A stretch of DNA of 63,556 bases, counting the filler, from Phoronis australis (taxonomy: Eukaryota; Animalia; Phoronida), in assembly GCA_002633005.1 (NCBI GenBank). It is 6 parts of 6 records of this genome, joined end to end, with 100 filler letters (N's around TTAATTAATTAA, not from the genome) between each part and the next. Parts side by side here need not be neighbours in the genome. Positions count along the whole stretch, not along the records: positions 1 to 23,294 come from NMRA01000192.1; positions 23,395 to 26,850 come from NMRA01003010.1; 4 more parts are not named here. One strand, given 5' to 3'. Numbering within the stretch: position 1 is the first letter of the stretch; every line of letters starts with the position of its first letter. Below are positions 1 through 24,039 of this stretch, one piece after another. The position numbers and the translations under genes are program-made. The notes under the pieces were generated by a model. That model saw nothing but the letters and a program-made list of their open reading frames with translations, searched no databases and was not told the origin of the DNA.

Positions 1-1729
1 TTTGTCCGTGCCTCTTTTTATTTGTATGTGAGTGTGTATATTTGGGTGCAAGTGCATGCATTTGTGAACCGGGTAATTCCGTAACAATCTCCCGTGGGCA
101 TTTTCGGTATAGTCTACTTTCCAGAGGATATTTTGTTCAACCAATGGCCATCAATGTGCTCTTTCGGAAAAACGTGGTGGCGCCTTTTCGAAGACTTAAC
201 TATTGATCACCGCTTCTCCCTCTTCAAGGAGTGGGCTTAGCTAAAAAGCGCTGTGTGATGGCGTATGTGACTGCGTTTGAGTGAGATCCTAAAATTCAAC
301 TGACGGTGGTATCGGAGGAGGTGACATGTTTCTTGATAGATTTTAACTTTGGTTGACGTCAGTGTATATTTCCAACTTGCTTTAAAGCCTCGTTCAAAAG
401 CTATGTGCCTTTTGCTGTTTTTCGGCATTCGTGCTTGTTACTGCAAATGTGAAGTCTAGTATTTCACTGTGAATATTTTCATTGTAAATATTTTTAAATT
501 GAAGTACAATTAAGTGTGTTTTTTGATGTACAGGTAGCGAAATAATAAACGAGGCCATTGCAATAGTGTTGTTTTTGGTGTTTTAGCGATCCCCTTGAAG
601 TCTATATGTTCAGGTTTTGTGAAAAGTCAAAAAATCTACTTGTTTTAAATGGGAATGCCACCCAAAATACAACCTAGTTTGTATCAATTTAGATCGAGTA
701 GTTCCACTCGACAACAACAAGTACAGCTCTTTTACCCGACACCGACACGGCAGACGGAGGTGTTGAAATTAACCAGTGACGTCAGAGGATCGAATGCAGT
801 GTATTCAGCAGTTCACAATGCGCCTACTGGTGTCAGCTTATCGCTTGAATTAATCGTTTTACACCAATAAAGCATCAAATTTCGATAAAAAACCTTAAAA
901 ATACATCGAGTTATTGAAGAAACGTGTTATTTTAATTCGCTGTTACGGATTCTTAGGTATTTGAACGTACCGTAGCCTACAAATTTCGGTGGGCCAATTT
1001 ACCAAGGTTCATCTGGGAATTTGGGGTCTGTTCGGCGATATATTCAAATTATTCGTCCGTGAAATACAGACAGGAGAACATAGCTGTGTGTTGTAATTTT
1101 AGACTTGCGATTTTCTCAGTTCTAAACACACTATCCCGGCCAGTGGCTCGGAACCCGATCAGGTCCAACGCGGCCGGACTGAAGACATCGCGAACATAAA
1201 CCAGCCAAAGTTGGAAACGAAAGTTCCAGTGACGAAAAGAATATACTAGTGAACCAAAGGAAAAATGTGCCCCTGGTTATTTTGGTGAATTAGCCTCGAA
1301 ACTGCAAATGTGCATTATACGTACTAGCTCGTCGAGGGCCGCGATGGCAGGTTACCCTTCCACAGAATCGTCGGGGCAAAAGTTGTACATTAACAATGAA
1401 TCGAATAATGTATATGAATATCTAAATAAAGATTCCCCTAACATCTGACCATAGGATATAAAATCGAGTTATCGTTTCACAACAGCTTTCCGTCAGCAAA
1501 CATTGAAATAGCATGCGCTCACACGGCCTCCGTCGGTGCCCTGTCAATTAGTTTATTGCGTCTAAAACCGGTAACGCAGTGATTTATTCATTGCTGGCTC
1601 CTCAAAACATTTGCATTTAGGAACACTCCAAGGCATTAAATATTGTATCTGATGAGACAGACTTTGTTTCAGTTTAATATAAGCATTGGTTATGGTGAGA
1701 ATAATTCATTTTGAAACAGAACGCACAAT

Positions 1730-2110
1730 AATAAGTGTCAACGTGGCAACTCCCAATCTCGATTTAGACGGTTGCTCATCCGACGAAGACTTCACAGGTC
1801 GATCGTTAGGTTTCACAGGGTATCAGTTCGAACCCGAATACACTGATCAAAAAACAATAGAGAGGTTCCGTGAAAGTCCACAGACAACGGAACATGTGGG
1901 TAGTGTCGGAAACCGTTTGACTTGTCATGGTCTCAGTGAACTAAGTGCACGATAATGGAAACGACTGACGCTTGCGTTTGTTGTCAAGAAATTTCGCAAG
2001 TGAGACGCCTTCTTGGAGAAGTGCAGATGTGTCTCACAGACTATCCTGTTTTAAACATAGTTGTGCTTACGACGTTTTTAGGGCTGATAAAAAACACCGA
2101 AAACATCCTA
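1730..2110 (+). pseudogene. Degenerate P2X7 cytoplasmic ballast-like (Cys-rich) ORF, probably transposon-derived
   Basis: GYQFEPEY motif, then after a frameshift W.Q*TKCTIMETTDACVCCQEI...CLTDYP. This matches the YxFEP...WCxCxxCxxM...CxCCxEI pattern of P2X7-ballast-like proteins. Contains a stop and a frameshift. Confidence 0.6.
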
Positions 2111-5100
2111 CAGCCAGAGGACCGAACAGAAGGCGAAACAGAAGTTCGTGAGGCTCGTTCGCCTCACGAACGAGCCTGTCATTAAACCGGTTATATAAAA
2201 CGTTATGTTCTCACGCCTTGAATTTATTGTAATTGTTTATGTTTTCATGGCCAACTACAATTCTCCAAAATTAAACACTGGCCAACAACCAATCCGACGA
2301 AATGCAGGCCACTGACAGACACGGAAAAGTTTCACATCCTCGTACTTGGTATTAACGGCGTACTTTTCATTTTTCACTACCGCGAGCCACTTCAAAAGCG
2401 TTATGGGCTCTCGAAGAAATCGAAAAAACGATATACCCTGCTTTCCTCGCAGCTTCATAGTTCGCACAAGCGGGAACGATACAGTACACCATGGCGGCAG
2501 AAGAACCACTGACGTCGCTGCGTTGTTTCTCACCTTCCTCACAGGTTAACGCGCCACCTCTCGGCGAGGTAAGATCGACCGTATACGAAGTGATGTGGAT
2601 ATAGACCGATTAAGATGGTCAAACAGACTAATTATATCGGGTGGCATTCTCCTTTAAGTCCAAGCTTAGCATTGGGTTGGATGTCTTCCGACATGTCTAC
2701 GTGTACTCAGTCTACACAAAACCTAAAATTCTGGAAAGTGCTCAAGTTATCTGTCACTGAATGCAAAATTTATCCATTTTCCATCTTGCCAGATAAATGT
2801 TTAAATGTTGCAGGCAAAATTCCAGGGTGGAAATGATGTTACAATTGAAAGAATGGAGACGAATAAAACTGTTCAACAGGTCGATGACATCATCCCTAGG
2901 TATGCAAACAATCGGAGTATACCACGAAGTGACTTTGTTTCCTTTACTTGTGCCTCAAGTTCATGTGGATACACTGAATGTTATTGATTTGTCTTGGATC
3001 GATGATTCCCATATTGCCAACCACTCCGACTTTAAACGCCAATGCCAATTCGGCCGAGTTACATGTAGGTATAATGAAATTTTAAAGGTTTACGCGCTGG
3101 CCGTTATCCCTTACAAATATAGTTTACTGAATGGTTCTTGAAATGGACACTTGTTCCAACTGGCAAAATGGTTTTGTTGATTGTGACAGGGGCAGTGATT
3201 TAGGGCACTTATCTTTATGTAATCGGCCTCCCCTGTCCCTAGTAGAACAACCAGGTCGTTGTTCCGTCATACCAGACTTACGACGTTTGCTTGTCACCGG
3301 CACGCTAGGGTAGTCTCGGCCTCCCAAGAAATATGGCCGCCCGGAAAATTCCATCCGTTTTATGACATCCAATGCCAGTTCACCTAAATAGAAAATGGTG
3401 ACATTGCTCAAGTTGAATTGTTACAGGGAATTGAGATGTACCTTCCATTAATTCGGATCATTTTTGGGTTACTTTTGCGAATGGGATAAACAATTGAGCA
3501 GAGATAATGTACAATGTATTTGAATGCTGATGTCACAACAACGAGGAATTAATATTACTCTGATGGGAACTGTGTCAACGTGAAATTTAATTTCACTACG
3601 ACTACCCTGCATCTGTAACTCATTAAACCTCTCTAAACACTTTAACCTTCCCATAGTTTACGCTCTGAAGGTGAATAAATGGATTTTTGACATATCTCCA
3701 ACATTAAATACCTTTTTGTTGGTGGGCGGATCATATAACTTATTTTTCTCTTCCTAGAAACTCTCTGTGGGTCTACTTGTACCTGTGACTGTGCTCTTAA
3801 TAAGAATTGACAACCTTCTCTTACTTATAAATCAAGAGTAGAAATTATGAAGCAGTTCATTCAGAGACACAAAATTGTCTCAAATCTTATTACATAACAA
3901 ATCGCCACGGCGTTTCACATTTGTCCAAGCACAACCATTCTCCCAAAACAATTTCTTCATATGAAAACCGTTTACCAACTCGGGTGTCTTTTATAAGAAA
4001 ACTATGTATGTAGTTAAAATATGTTTGAACGGCTTAGACCACAGTATCACAGAAAAAATAGAACCAGCCAGGGCTGTTAACTACATGTACCGTTGATTTG
4101 TGGACGGGGTCACCGTAGACTAATTTTGATTCTATGTCCTAATTTTCCGGCGTCTAGTTTCATTGCATGACGTCAACTGCGCGAGTCGAGATCCAACCAC
4201 GATTTCGAACTTTTAGAAATCTCTTTAAACATTTTGGGCACTATTGCGTTGCCGCAAGAATTAGATCCGAAGGTTGCGCTGCAATATCGTGTGGCATGAT
4301 ACGTACATGTAAATGTATAGATTGGATGTGGCTCATTAACTACACGGTTTGTATTTTACGTTTTTCGATTTGATCGCCATTTTTTCGTATTTTCGCATTG
4401 TGTGCCCATTGTCAAGGGTCAGATGTCACAACAGTTAATTGTCCCAAATACAACATGAAAAATAAATAAACAATCAACATGATACAATGACGATATATTA
4501 AACTAGTCCATATTTACATGGGCACTTTGGTCAGGCATCTGAGGTCAAATGTCAGAACTACAGAGACACCTACATGTATAAATGAAACCACCAATCGCCT
4601 ATATTATGACAACGTCTGTTGAAGCTAGGGTCTTGACACTTGGCAGATAGAGAATCTAATTTCATAATCAATGCATCAAGACTGTTAATTCTAAATGCAT
4701 TCCCCTCCAGATAACTAATGCACGTGCATGTATTATCCACTATTTCGACATCGCTATTTTTGTTTTCTTGCTCAGGCGTCTTTGAAAGACAGGTTGCTTC
4801 CAGTTAATACTAATTTATGTGGTTGTAAAGAAATATTTGGTTATTGCCCACTGTTTGTCAGGTCAGCAAAATTCCTCGTGTCGGGTCACAAAGAATTTAA
4901 GCCACAAATAAAATAAAAGTTGTTTAATAAAATAATCCCACCTCGTTCAAATTCAAGCTTTCAAAAAAACCCAACGAAGCATTCATCCAATGAAATTCTC
5001 AACATCGACACAAACTTTGGATTCTTAAAATCCATCAGTCCACTGGATATGTACCTCCACAAAAACATTTTGTCTAAGCACTGTACAGAGTAAGATATAC

Positions 5101-5300
5101 CTAAAAAATACAGAATACATCGAGGCGACCGACGAGCTCCAGACAATCAAATCTGTCTAGTCATTGTGTAGATTATAGTCTGGTTTGTCACATCGCTAGT
5201 ATTCGTGATAACGCACGAGTTAAGTCCGCATGTTTGAAATGCCGCATAATGTCAAGGGTTTCAAATGGAGCAACGGTTTCAAAGCCATGCATCTACAGTC

Positions 5301-15928
<10,628 letters not shown>

Positions 15929-18136
15929 GGCGCTGCAAAATAAAAATTCCTTTTAGCCAGGACCGGTGACAGCGGAAAAGGTTAGGGTAGTTAAGTTGAC
16001 ACAGTCTTGGTGGATCAGGATTCTTTAAGTTTTGAAAACTAGTGATTTTTCTGTTGCTAAATGGGGCCTATGAGGAGTCGTAAAGCTTTTAAAATGTCAA
16101 CTGCAGTCGACGCCCGTTCGGTCTTGTCAGTATCTAGCTATCAAATACGGTGGATTCATTGATCGGTTTAACAACAAATACTGGAGACACAACATATAGA
16201 AAAACGAGACTGTTGTGCAAACAGGTGGGCCCAATTAGTTTTTCACACATTGAATATTCAAAGTAACAGCCTACATCTTTCTGAGAATAGGAAAATCTTC
16301 AGTGGATTTGGATATATGCCTAACAGTGGCCCCTGTAGAAAAAGGACAAGAAGGCATAACGCCGGGCAAGAACTATAGCATGCTCACTATTAGCGAAATA
16401 ATAGTGCAGGCTGATCGTTTACTCATATGTACGACTGCTCTTTCAGTTTCTTTTTAGGTTCTGATTATATAGTTGCGAGCAACAGAGAGCCGAGTATGTT
16501 CATGTTGCGGAAAAGATTTGGAAATCAACGACGCAGAAGCCGTAACAAAATTTCCTTCTCCAAAATTTCCTTCCGGCTTGTAACGAGTGCTTGAACATGC
16601 ATGTTCATGTAAATTATACTTGAAACGATCGTCGAGCAAAGAAACTAACCAACGCTACACTAAGTGTACATGTAGGTGGTCGATCCTGCCACTAAATATC
16701 GAGGGACAATGACCTAGACGCTGATATGAGTAAGATGAGATCAGTCACTGCGTTATACATTCAATCACAACAGTATACGATAACGAGAAGCGTCGTTCTT
16801 TGGGTCAGTATAACATCACACAAGACAGGCGTTCCCTAAATCTGCGAATGTGGGTGTTAGCATACTATGTAGGCCTTACTTCGTCGCAACACCCCCACCG
16901 GTTGAATTCGCCGTGCGAGGTCATTAGGCAAGCAGCTATTCAGTGCAAACCTTTTGTGCCAAATCTTTTCAGAACAATCATAGCATCAAGGTGACAAACA
17001 AGTGCATAAAATTAGATTTTACGCCAATACGCCAAGTCGTTTACACAGCATTGACTTGCGACAATCACAAAAGACAGCTAGGTAGGCTACTCGTATTCGT
17101 GTCCCGATAAGGTAATTAAGCCTATGTTCAAAAGTGACTTTCTTCCACATGGAGACCGCGGTCAATCTTTACTATTTACTTTGAAATACGATGGGTCCGT
17201 AGCATGTTCGAAAAAGTGATTGTTTTGTATTCTAAAAATAACTCAAGGGATTTTTATCAGATCTTGTGACGTCAATTGACCTTTAACCTTCTTCCTTGTA
17301 TCAAAACACTGAGGTACACAATGCTCCTGCGGCTACATACATTTGCACACGATTTGTGCGCCGACGCACCACTCACGATGTCTAGGAGCTCATTTATTAT
17401 GCGCGTCTGTTTTCTACGGTACAAAATTGGCTAACGCGTTCTTTTCCAGACAAACTGATCAAAGCTATTTCAGTCCACAGAGGCCCCAGCCCGTGATCAG
17501 CCAGCCTGTGTTTCTATTCGCGAGTCCACGGTTTCCTTCACCGTCTTGAATATTTAATACCAAAACGTAACCAATGAATTTGCATGCGTTTCCCAAGTAA
17601 ATAGACGGGAGAGTGTTAGGCCTGAATTGTCAAAAGGTTGCAATTGCGTCATGCCAAATGTATTCGACATTGTCACAGTGCGGTCTCAATTTTTCTTTAT
17701 GAAGATAGTGCCAAAAGACCAGTTTTAGAGCACATAATTATCAAGATTTCGATGTATAGTGACGGAAAAATCCGGTTCCCATGCGGCACGGTCGGTCACG
17801 TTTTCGAAGTCCGCCCCAAGATCAATAGTTATTAATGTTAATTAGCTCTCTCGAAATGCAAGTATTTAAATTATTTCAATTAAAGTTTTGAAGTGATTAC
17901 AGTGGCTAGCTATAACTGGGAGGCCAATTGTCGACTATTGTGAGTGGTGATTGTATATGATTACATTAATAAGCACCGTTATCGCCATATACTCGATTGA
18001 TTAAAAAACCGCATTTTATTGGCACGGAGTCCCGTCAATAGAACCAAATGCAAGATTTGGCTTGTTTACCTCAGCTCTACGGTCTACCACGCCAGTGCGC
18101 ATCTGCTGGCGCTGCGCATCACTAGCAGTACGGTCN

Positions 18137-18302
18137 ACATTTGGCGAATTGGGCATAAAGGTCCGCCTCAGAGAAACAAAAAGTCCACTAAAAAGGCAGA
18201 AATTCGGCGCGAATGCGCAATTCACCCCGTTTTTTAGTAAAAGGTCCACATTCTCAAAAGTTAAAGCCTGGCCCCCTATAATGTGGGCTGGGTGCTCACA
18301 CA
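18137..18302. repeat. Dispersed repeat, partial copy (family also at ~21365-21545 and 34939-35170)
   Basis: Shared motifs ctcaga..aacaaaaa, cactaaaaaggcag, tccacattctcaaaa and ggctgggtgctca. Confidence 0.6.
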
Positions 18303-19111
18303 TGTGACTAGTGCTCAACATAATCGTCATCTGTGACAGACCAAAACAAAATAACCTACACATGTACATGACAAAAAGACCTCATCTGAGTGGGTCAGTG
18401 AAGCTACTTTGTGATTTGAGCCCGCGGCATGAGTGGCAGTAAAGTAATACGTAAATACACGAACAGGATAAAAAAACAATGACATACCTATTTAGTAATT
18501 ACCTGTCTTGTCCTGATTATAAACATACGCTAATAAACGCGTACAGTAACAAAACCTCTGAAAGGAGTGAATGAGTAACAATGTAATGTAGTCTACTGCT
18601 TTACTCAATGGGAAATCCCCAAAATCCCCAACGTCATATGACGCGCGTCTACGTAGAGATTGACGGCTCGCAAAAGCCTGATTCTCGTAACTCAGGGCCA
18701 AGACGTAGACAGCAAAATTCCTAAGCAAAATGTCAGTAAATGCAATACTTGTTATGTACCTGTCGCGTGAAGTGCTACGGGTGTACGTATAGGTTAGACC
18801 TCGCTGCCGAAATCGAAAGCGGAAGCAGTTCAAGCTAGTGTCGCAGAACACACTCGTCTTGTTACGAACAAGTACAGTGTATATACATGTACAGTATACA
18901 TATGGCGGCGCAGGCCTTGATACCACAGGGTCTTTTTAGCTGAAAGGATAGTTTTCTTTCGTTTTTGTTATTGCTCTCCAGTACATCAGCTAAAAAAAGA
19001 AGTCGGTGACACATGGCTAAGGACCGGGTACAAGATTTGCCCATGAGCCAGCCGAGAGAATTAAGGGAATTCCGGCCAGGGTCGAGCAACTGAGGGGCCG
19101 AGAACAGAACC

Positions 19112-20250
19112 CAGGGGCGGATCCAGGATTTTGAGTTAGGGGGGGGGGGNNNNNNNNNNNNNNNNNNNNNNNNNNNNNNNNNNNNNNNNNNNNNNNNNNN
19201 NNNNNNNNNNNNNNNNNNNNNNNNNNNNNNNNNNNNNNNNNNNNNNNNNNNNNNNNNNNNNNNNNNNNNNNNNNNNNNNNNNNNNNNNNNNNNNNNNNNN
19301 NNNNNNNNNNNNNNNNNNNNNNNNNNNNNNNNNNNNNNNNNNNNNNNNNNNNNNNNNNNNNNNNNNNNNNNNNNNNNNNNNNNNNNNNNNNNNNNNNNNN
19401 NNNNNNNNNNNNNNNNNNNNNNNNNNNNNNNNNNNNNNNNNNNNNNNNNNNNNNNNNNNNNNNNNNNNNNNNNNNNNNNNNNNNNNNNNNNNNNNNNNNN
19501 NNNNNNNNNNNNNNNNNNNNNNNNNNNNNNNNNNNNNNNNNNNNNNNNNNNNNNNNNNNNNNNNNNNNNNNNNNNNNNNNNNNNNNNNNNNNNNNNNNNN
19601 NNNNNNNNNNNNNNNNNNNNNNNNNNNNNNNNNNNNNNNNNNNNNNNNNNNNNNNNNNNNNNNNNNNNNNNNNNNNNNNNNNNNNNNNNNNNNNNNNNNN
19701 NNNNNNNNNNNNNNNNNNNNNNNNNNNNNNNNNNNNNNNNNNNNNNNNNNNNNNNNNNNNNNNNNNNNNNNNNNNNNNNNNNNNNNNNNNNNNNNNNNNN
19801 NNNNNNNNNNNNNNNNNNNNNNNNNNNNNNNNNNNNNNNNNNNNNNNNNNNNNNNNNNNNNNNNNNNNNNNNNNNNNNNNNNNNNNCATTTTCTTTAAAA
19901 AATGAAGTAAATTTTCTTCATTGTACAGTGGAGCAGACGACGGAAACGGAGTCGTAGGGCACAGCGCCGCTGCCGGTCGCCTAGGATATCGCGGGAGATT
20001 CTATACTTAGCCATAGTTCCGTTACGAACGCGCCGTGTTCCGAATTTGACACTTGAAATTGGATTTGAGCCCCTCCCCCTCCCAACACTAAAACTGCACA
20101 CATTTAAATCTTTTTTCATCCGTATAATTTTAATTACCAGGGTTAATTAATAAACTCACCATTTCCCTACGCTCTTACTGTTTTATTTTTTTGCGGCAGC
20201 CAAGGGGGGGGGCCGGGCCGCCTGGGCCCCCCCCCCTAAATCCGCCTATG
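19112..20250. mobile_element. Non-autonomous DNA transposon ends (CAGGGGCGGATCC...ATCCGCCTATG) around a large gap
   Basis: Terminal inverted motif with poly-G/C tracts. The interior is mostly N and the flanks show no TSD, so this may be two elements. Confidence 0.45.
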
Positions 20251-20460
20251 CTGCCTGAGCCACGTACGACTTGGCGGCACCCGGCCCCGGCACCTGCTTG
20301 CGGAGGCGACTGATCTATTTTTAGTCTAGTCTCCTGCACAGACCCACGAGATTGGTTGTCCGTGACGTCATCTTGTGAGGCCCGGAAACCAGGTTATTTT
20401 TAGTCATACATTTCCCGTTAGGTGGACACTTTGAAAACGAGGTTTGCCGCTGACTGCAAA

Positions 20461-20615
20461 ATGTCGAACGTTGGTGTGTTCAAGAATCTCGAACGAAAAT
20501 TGTCATTTTTAACGTTTCCGAAAGATGACGTGTTACGTAAAGAGTGGATCATGGCAATTGGCGTGATGTAGGGAAATTTTTGAAGGTAAAAAACTACACG
20601 TTGAGCAGCCGTGTT
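20461..20615 (+). pseudogene. Decayed THAP zinc-finger coding fragment (DNA transposon remnant)
   Basis: LSFLTFPKDDVLRKEWIMAI/(frameshift)RDVGKFLKVKNYT matches the THAP FPKD...R..W...I.R core. Confidence 0.6.
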
Positions 20616-21364
20616 CACTCTGTCTCACTCTCACCTGAACTTAAGTCTCAGACTCAGCTCTCCTATCTTTCACCTCCGTGGCCACTTTCTGGGACCAATG
20701 GGAGCTTTGGATTAAACCCATCTACATATGTTCAAAAGTCAATTTCAAAAAAAGTTACCAAGAATACACGTGCACGTTTAGTAGGAATTTTAATTTAAAA
20801 ATTGGAAAAAATATAACCTCAACTAATATGTTAGCCGCCAGGTGTCAGTGCAAAATGATCCGAACAGCCAATCAAATGCCAGGAAAATATTGTGTCCATA
20901 CCTTTCCCCTTCAAAAGTCGTCTGCTTGGCATGAAAACCTTCATCAGCCCAGGTCAGTCAGCTGATGTTATCCTGTTGGCTTAGTTAGTTTGTTTACTGC
21001 TACTGACTACATTGGATAGTATTAATTCTTGGATGGGTGTGCAAGTAATACGCAATTACCAAGAACCAAGGCTCAAAAACCAGCAGGCAGCAGTTAGGAA
21101 TTGAGGAAAGCCAAATCACGTGGCCAGGAGTGTCATCGTAATTCTTGGCACATTCCTGAATCATTTTGTGTTTCTCAAAGAACAGTTTTGGGACAGCTAG
21201 GACTCTGCTGGACTCTGCTGAAACCATGAATTCTTGAACGAGTGTGCGACTTCACTATAGACTGGCAAGATGTCTGCCCCTTGGGCCTTGTTGCATTCGC
21301 TTGTCAGCTTCTGCTCAAATTTCTGAACTGGAATTTTCAGATATTACCTGGTCTAAGCCTAAAG

Positions 21365-21545
21365 CCCTCAGACAAACAAAAACTTCGAAAAAATAGAAAA
21401 CGAGACAAAATTTCACTAAAAAGGCAGGAACTACCAAAATTCGGCGAACGCACAATTCGTAGCTCTGAAGTACCCCGTGAATTTTAATAAATGTCCACAT
21501 TCTCAAAAACTCGAGCCCCCCATTTTTAGGCTTGGTGCGCGCGCA
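21365..21545. repeat. Dispersed repeat copy (same family as 34939-35170)
   Basis: Colinear similarity to 34984-35170, ending ttttaggcttggtgcgc. Confidence 0.65.
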
Positions 21546-21568
21546 TGCTTCTATCACAAGCAGTGCTA

Positions 21569-21632
21569 TAGGCAATGACCATCGCCTCTGTTGGCCCGAC
21601 GTCGGGCCAACAGAGGCGATGGTCATTGCCTA
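21569..21632. mobile_element. Perfect 64-bp palindrome with ~9-bp TSD (collapsed TIR element)
   Basis: taggcaatgaccatcgcctctgttggcccgac|gtcgggccaacagaggcgatggtcattgccta, flanked by gcagtgcta and gcagtgtta. Confidence 0.75.
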
Positions 21633-22584
21633 GCAGTGTTACAGGCACGTAACGGATGTAACAGAAATTGAAAGAGATTTTAGAAAAGAAGAAGACCAAG
21701 CTGATGATGGAAATAATGTTGAGCTCATTAGAAAATGAAGGAGTCTGTCTCTGTCAGTTAAATGTACATTTAACAGTGCTCAAAGAAATATACATTATAT
21801 GTCTTGCCACCACAATGAACCATTTGCCACAAATCAAATTCCACCACAGGCTCACAGGCTGGGGAACTTCACAAACAAAAGAATAGTTGAAAACCTATCC
21901 CAGTTCCAAACATTCAATTGTAAATACGCCTACTTTAATTCTTAGTTTGAAAATGTGTCTGTAAATAATCTGTAGTTTAGGTCCTAGATCCGCCACTGGC
22001 CCAGCCTACCCAGCAATTAGCAAACAAGAAACTATTGAGTTCCATCATGGTCCATGTGTTACAGTAACAAGATGGCAGTCATTGAATGTATGTCTGTTTA
22101 TTTGAACTGGTTAAGAGTGAACTTGCATTAATTGTGATATTTTCCATTTGTAGATTAATGAAAATTCCTTCTTGTTTGCTCCATCCATTTCAAACCTGAC
22201 AACCTCTTAAAAGGCCTTGGTGGTCGTGCTGTGCCAAAGTTGTTTCTGTGGACAAAATTGCGACCCAAAGAGAAGTCAACGAAGCTGGAGACCACACTCT
22301 GTAAACAGGTATACACTTTGATATATTGAATGTCATCAACCGATAAAGATGTCTCAATCTACATGCAAACCATGTCTCAGCCAACTTGACATTGGTGCAT
22401 TTCACAGTATTTGTTTGGTAATGGACCTGATATTTTGTTGACTTTTCGTCTTTAATAAAAACAATTTAACTGGCATAAGGAAATTATTCTAATTAGCATC
22501 AACATGTATTTTCATGAAGGTGCTTTTGGAAAATAGTGAAACATACTGGAATCTAATTAGGAAAAGAATAGTAGTTATCATTAT

Positions 22585-22587
<3 letters not shown>

Positions 22588-22645
<58 letters not shown>
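22588..22645. repeat. (GCT)n microsatellite
   Basis: About 19 perfect TGC units. Confidence 0.97.
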
Positions 22646-22907
22646 ATATTATTCATTTATTATAATGACACAACAGTACCGTCCAGTGAATACATAATCT
22701 CAAACACAAAATATTCACTGCAACTCCCAATCTCAATGGGCTTACTCAGTCTCCTAATAACAATTAAACCATTACATAACATAATGCAGGCTCTCAAGGT
22801 AAATCTGACAACTTTAGATTAGTATACAAACAATTACTTCTAACCTGAAAAGCGTCTGGAATGAATTTTGTGAAATTCAAATTATTTCGGAGTACATAAC
22901 GCTAAAC

Positions 22908-23110
22908 CCTCGTGAGAGACCGCCCCGAGTTGGCTGCTGGAGCAACTCGGGGCGGTCTGGGATCAAGCGGAAAAACCACAGGGTAAATCTGTGGTCGACG
23001 AATCTATTTGGTCGATTACTTTTTATTGCCCAGGAAGCCGCTAAGGGCTGCCTGAAGAAATATGACTCGCGCGTTTGTGTTTTCGCCTTTTTCAATGACA
23101 TGTAAAAGAT
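22908..23110. repeat. Dispersed hairpin-containing repeat (second copy at ~42786-42980)
   Basis: tcgtgagagaccgccccgagttg...caactcggggcggtctgggatcaa..aaaaccacag versus tcgtgagagaccgtccggagttg...caactcaggacggtctggggtcaa..aaaaccacag. Confidence 0.7.
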
Positions 23111-23294
23111 TCATCAACAAATTCCTCGTAAAATTCTGAAAACAAGCGTTTTTCTCCCACGAAAATCGATGAAGTTTTGACCGAGATATTTCACTTTCAG
23201 TCCAGGCTAGCCCTGCACACTCAGAGAATCGTCACACAAGATTACTACGCGGTAATGCGGTTTCACTGTCAACAAAGGAAGACGTCAAAATCGA

Positions 23295-23394
23295 NNNNNN
23301 NNNNNNNNNNNNNNNNNNNNNNNNNNNNNNNNNNNNNNTTAATTAATTAANNNNNNNNNNNNNNNNNNNNNNNNNNNNNNNNNNNNNNNNNNNN
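23295..23394. other. Artificial scaffolding spacer N44-TTAATTAATTAA-N44 (also 26851-26950, 34277-34376, 56442-56541, 61669-61768)
   Basis: The same 100-nt pattern occurs five times, and the 12-mer is a palindrome with stops in all six frames. Confidence 0.95.
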
Positions 23395-23839
23395 CCATAT
23401 AGGTGGAGGGTAATCCCGGGGATGCAGTCATCAGGATTTGAGTAACGGGCGAGCTCAGATAGGCCTATGTCGATGTCTGAGCGGATAGTAAGAATGTGTC
23501 TTCAGTGCATGGTGCCAGCGCACCGACCGTGGCGGGGTAGCTGTATACGCCAGCATTGTAGGCCTACCAGGCTAGGTAGCTGGGAGCTGCCTCAAGTAAC
23601 TCCAACTGAGATCTAACAGTGTGAAAATATGAAAGTCCATGAACTAGAGCTAGTCGCTGGTCGAATCAGCTCAGCTATATATGATTCACTTGAGACAGCT
23701 TAGCTGATACATACCCTTCTGCGCTGGCTCTAAGGTCAATATTCGTTTTATTATCATCCAGTTTCGGGAAAAATTCATTTTGTTGTGGCCATTCTTTGAA
23801 GGAATTTTTGGAAAAGTCTCCCGAGGTCCCTGGCATATG

Positions 23840-24039
23840 CATGGGCGGCTCTGAAAAAAGTAGGGGGCTAATGAGCCCCCTCAGCACCAGTGTGGTGCAG
23901 TGCTTATCGGCGGCGTAGCACTGAAAAAGTGGGGGGCTAAAGCACCCTTAGCACCAGTGTGATACAATGCTTATCAGCGGCGTAGCACTGAAAAAAGTGG
24001 GGGGCTATAGCCCCAGCCCCCTATGGTGCGCCGCCCATG
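23840..24039. mobile_element. 200-bp MITE with TIR CATGGGCGGC, 5-bp TSD ATATG and internal tandem expansion
   Basis: atatg|catgggcggc...gccgcccatg|atatg; a ~67-bp internal unit (gcggcgtagcactgaaaaagtggggggcta...) is repeated. Confidence 0.85.

Noticed and set aside
1-428. Minus-strand ORF MPKNSKRHIAFERGFK... as a possible Kolobok/Mutator-like transposase start paired with the ballast-like remnant
   Set aside because: Only a vague resemblance, with multiple stops and no diagnostic motif; it cannot be supported without a search.
19017-19889. 290-aa ORF and other ORFs containing X runs (8254-8601)
   Set aside because: Artefacts of translating N gaps.
21000-21350. Minus-strand coding-like stretch (VSAESSRVLAVPKLFFEKHK...; KFEQKLTSECNK...)
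   Set aside because: No recognisable domain and no phase-consistent exon partners.
22514-22822. Poly-Ala ORF
   Set aside because: Caused by a (GCT)n microsatellite; no other coding signal.
23339-23350. Recurring TTAATTAATTAA motif (five copies)
   Set aside because: Always centred in a 100-nt N spacer, so it is an assembly linker rather than biology.
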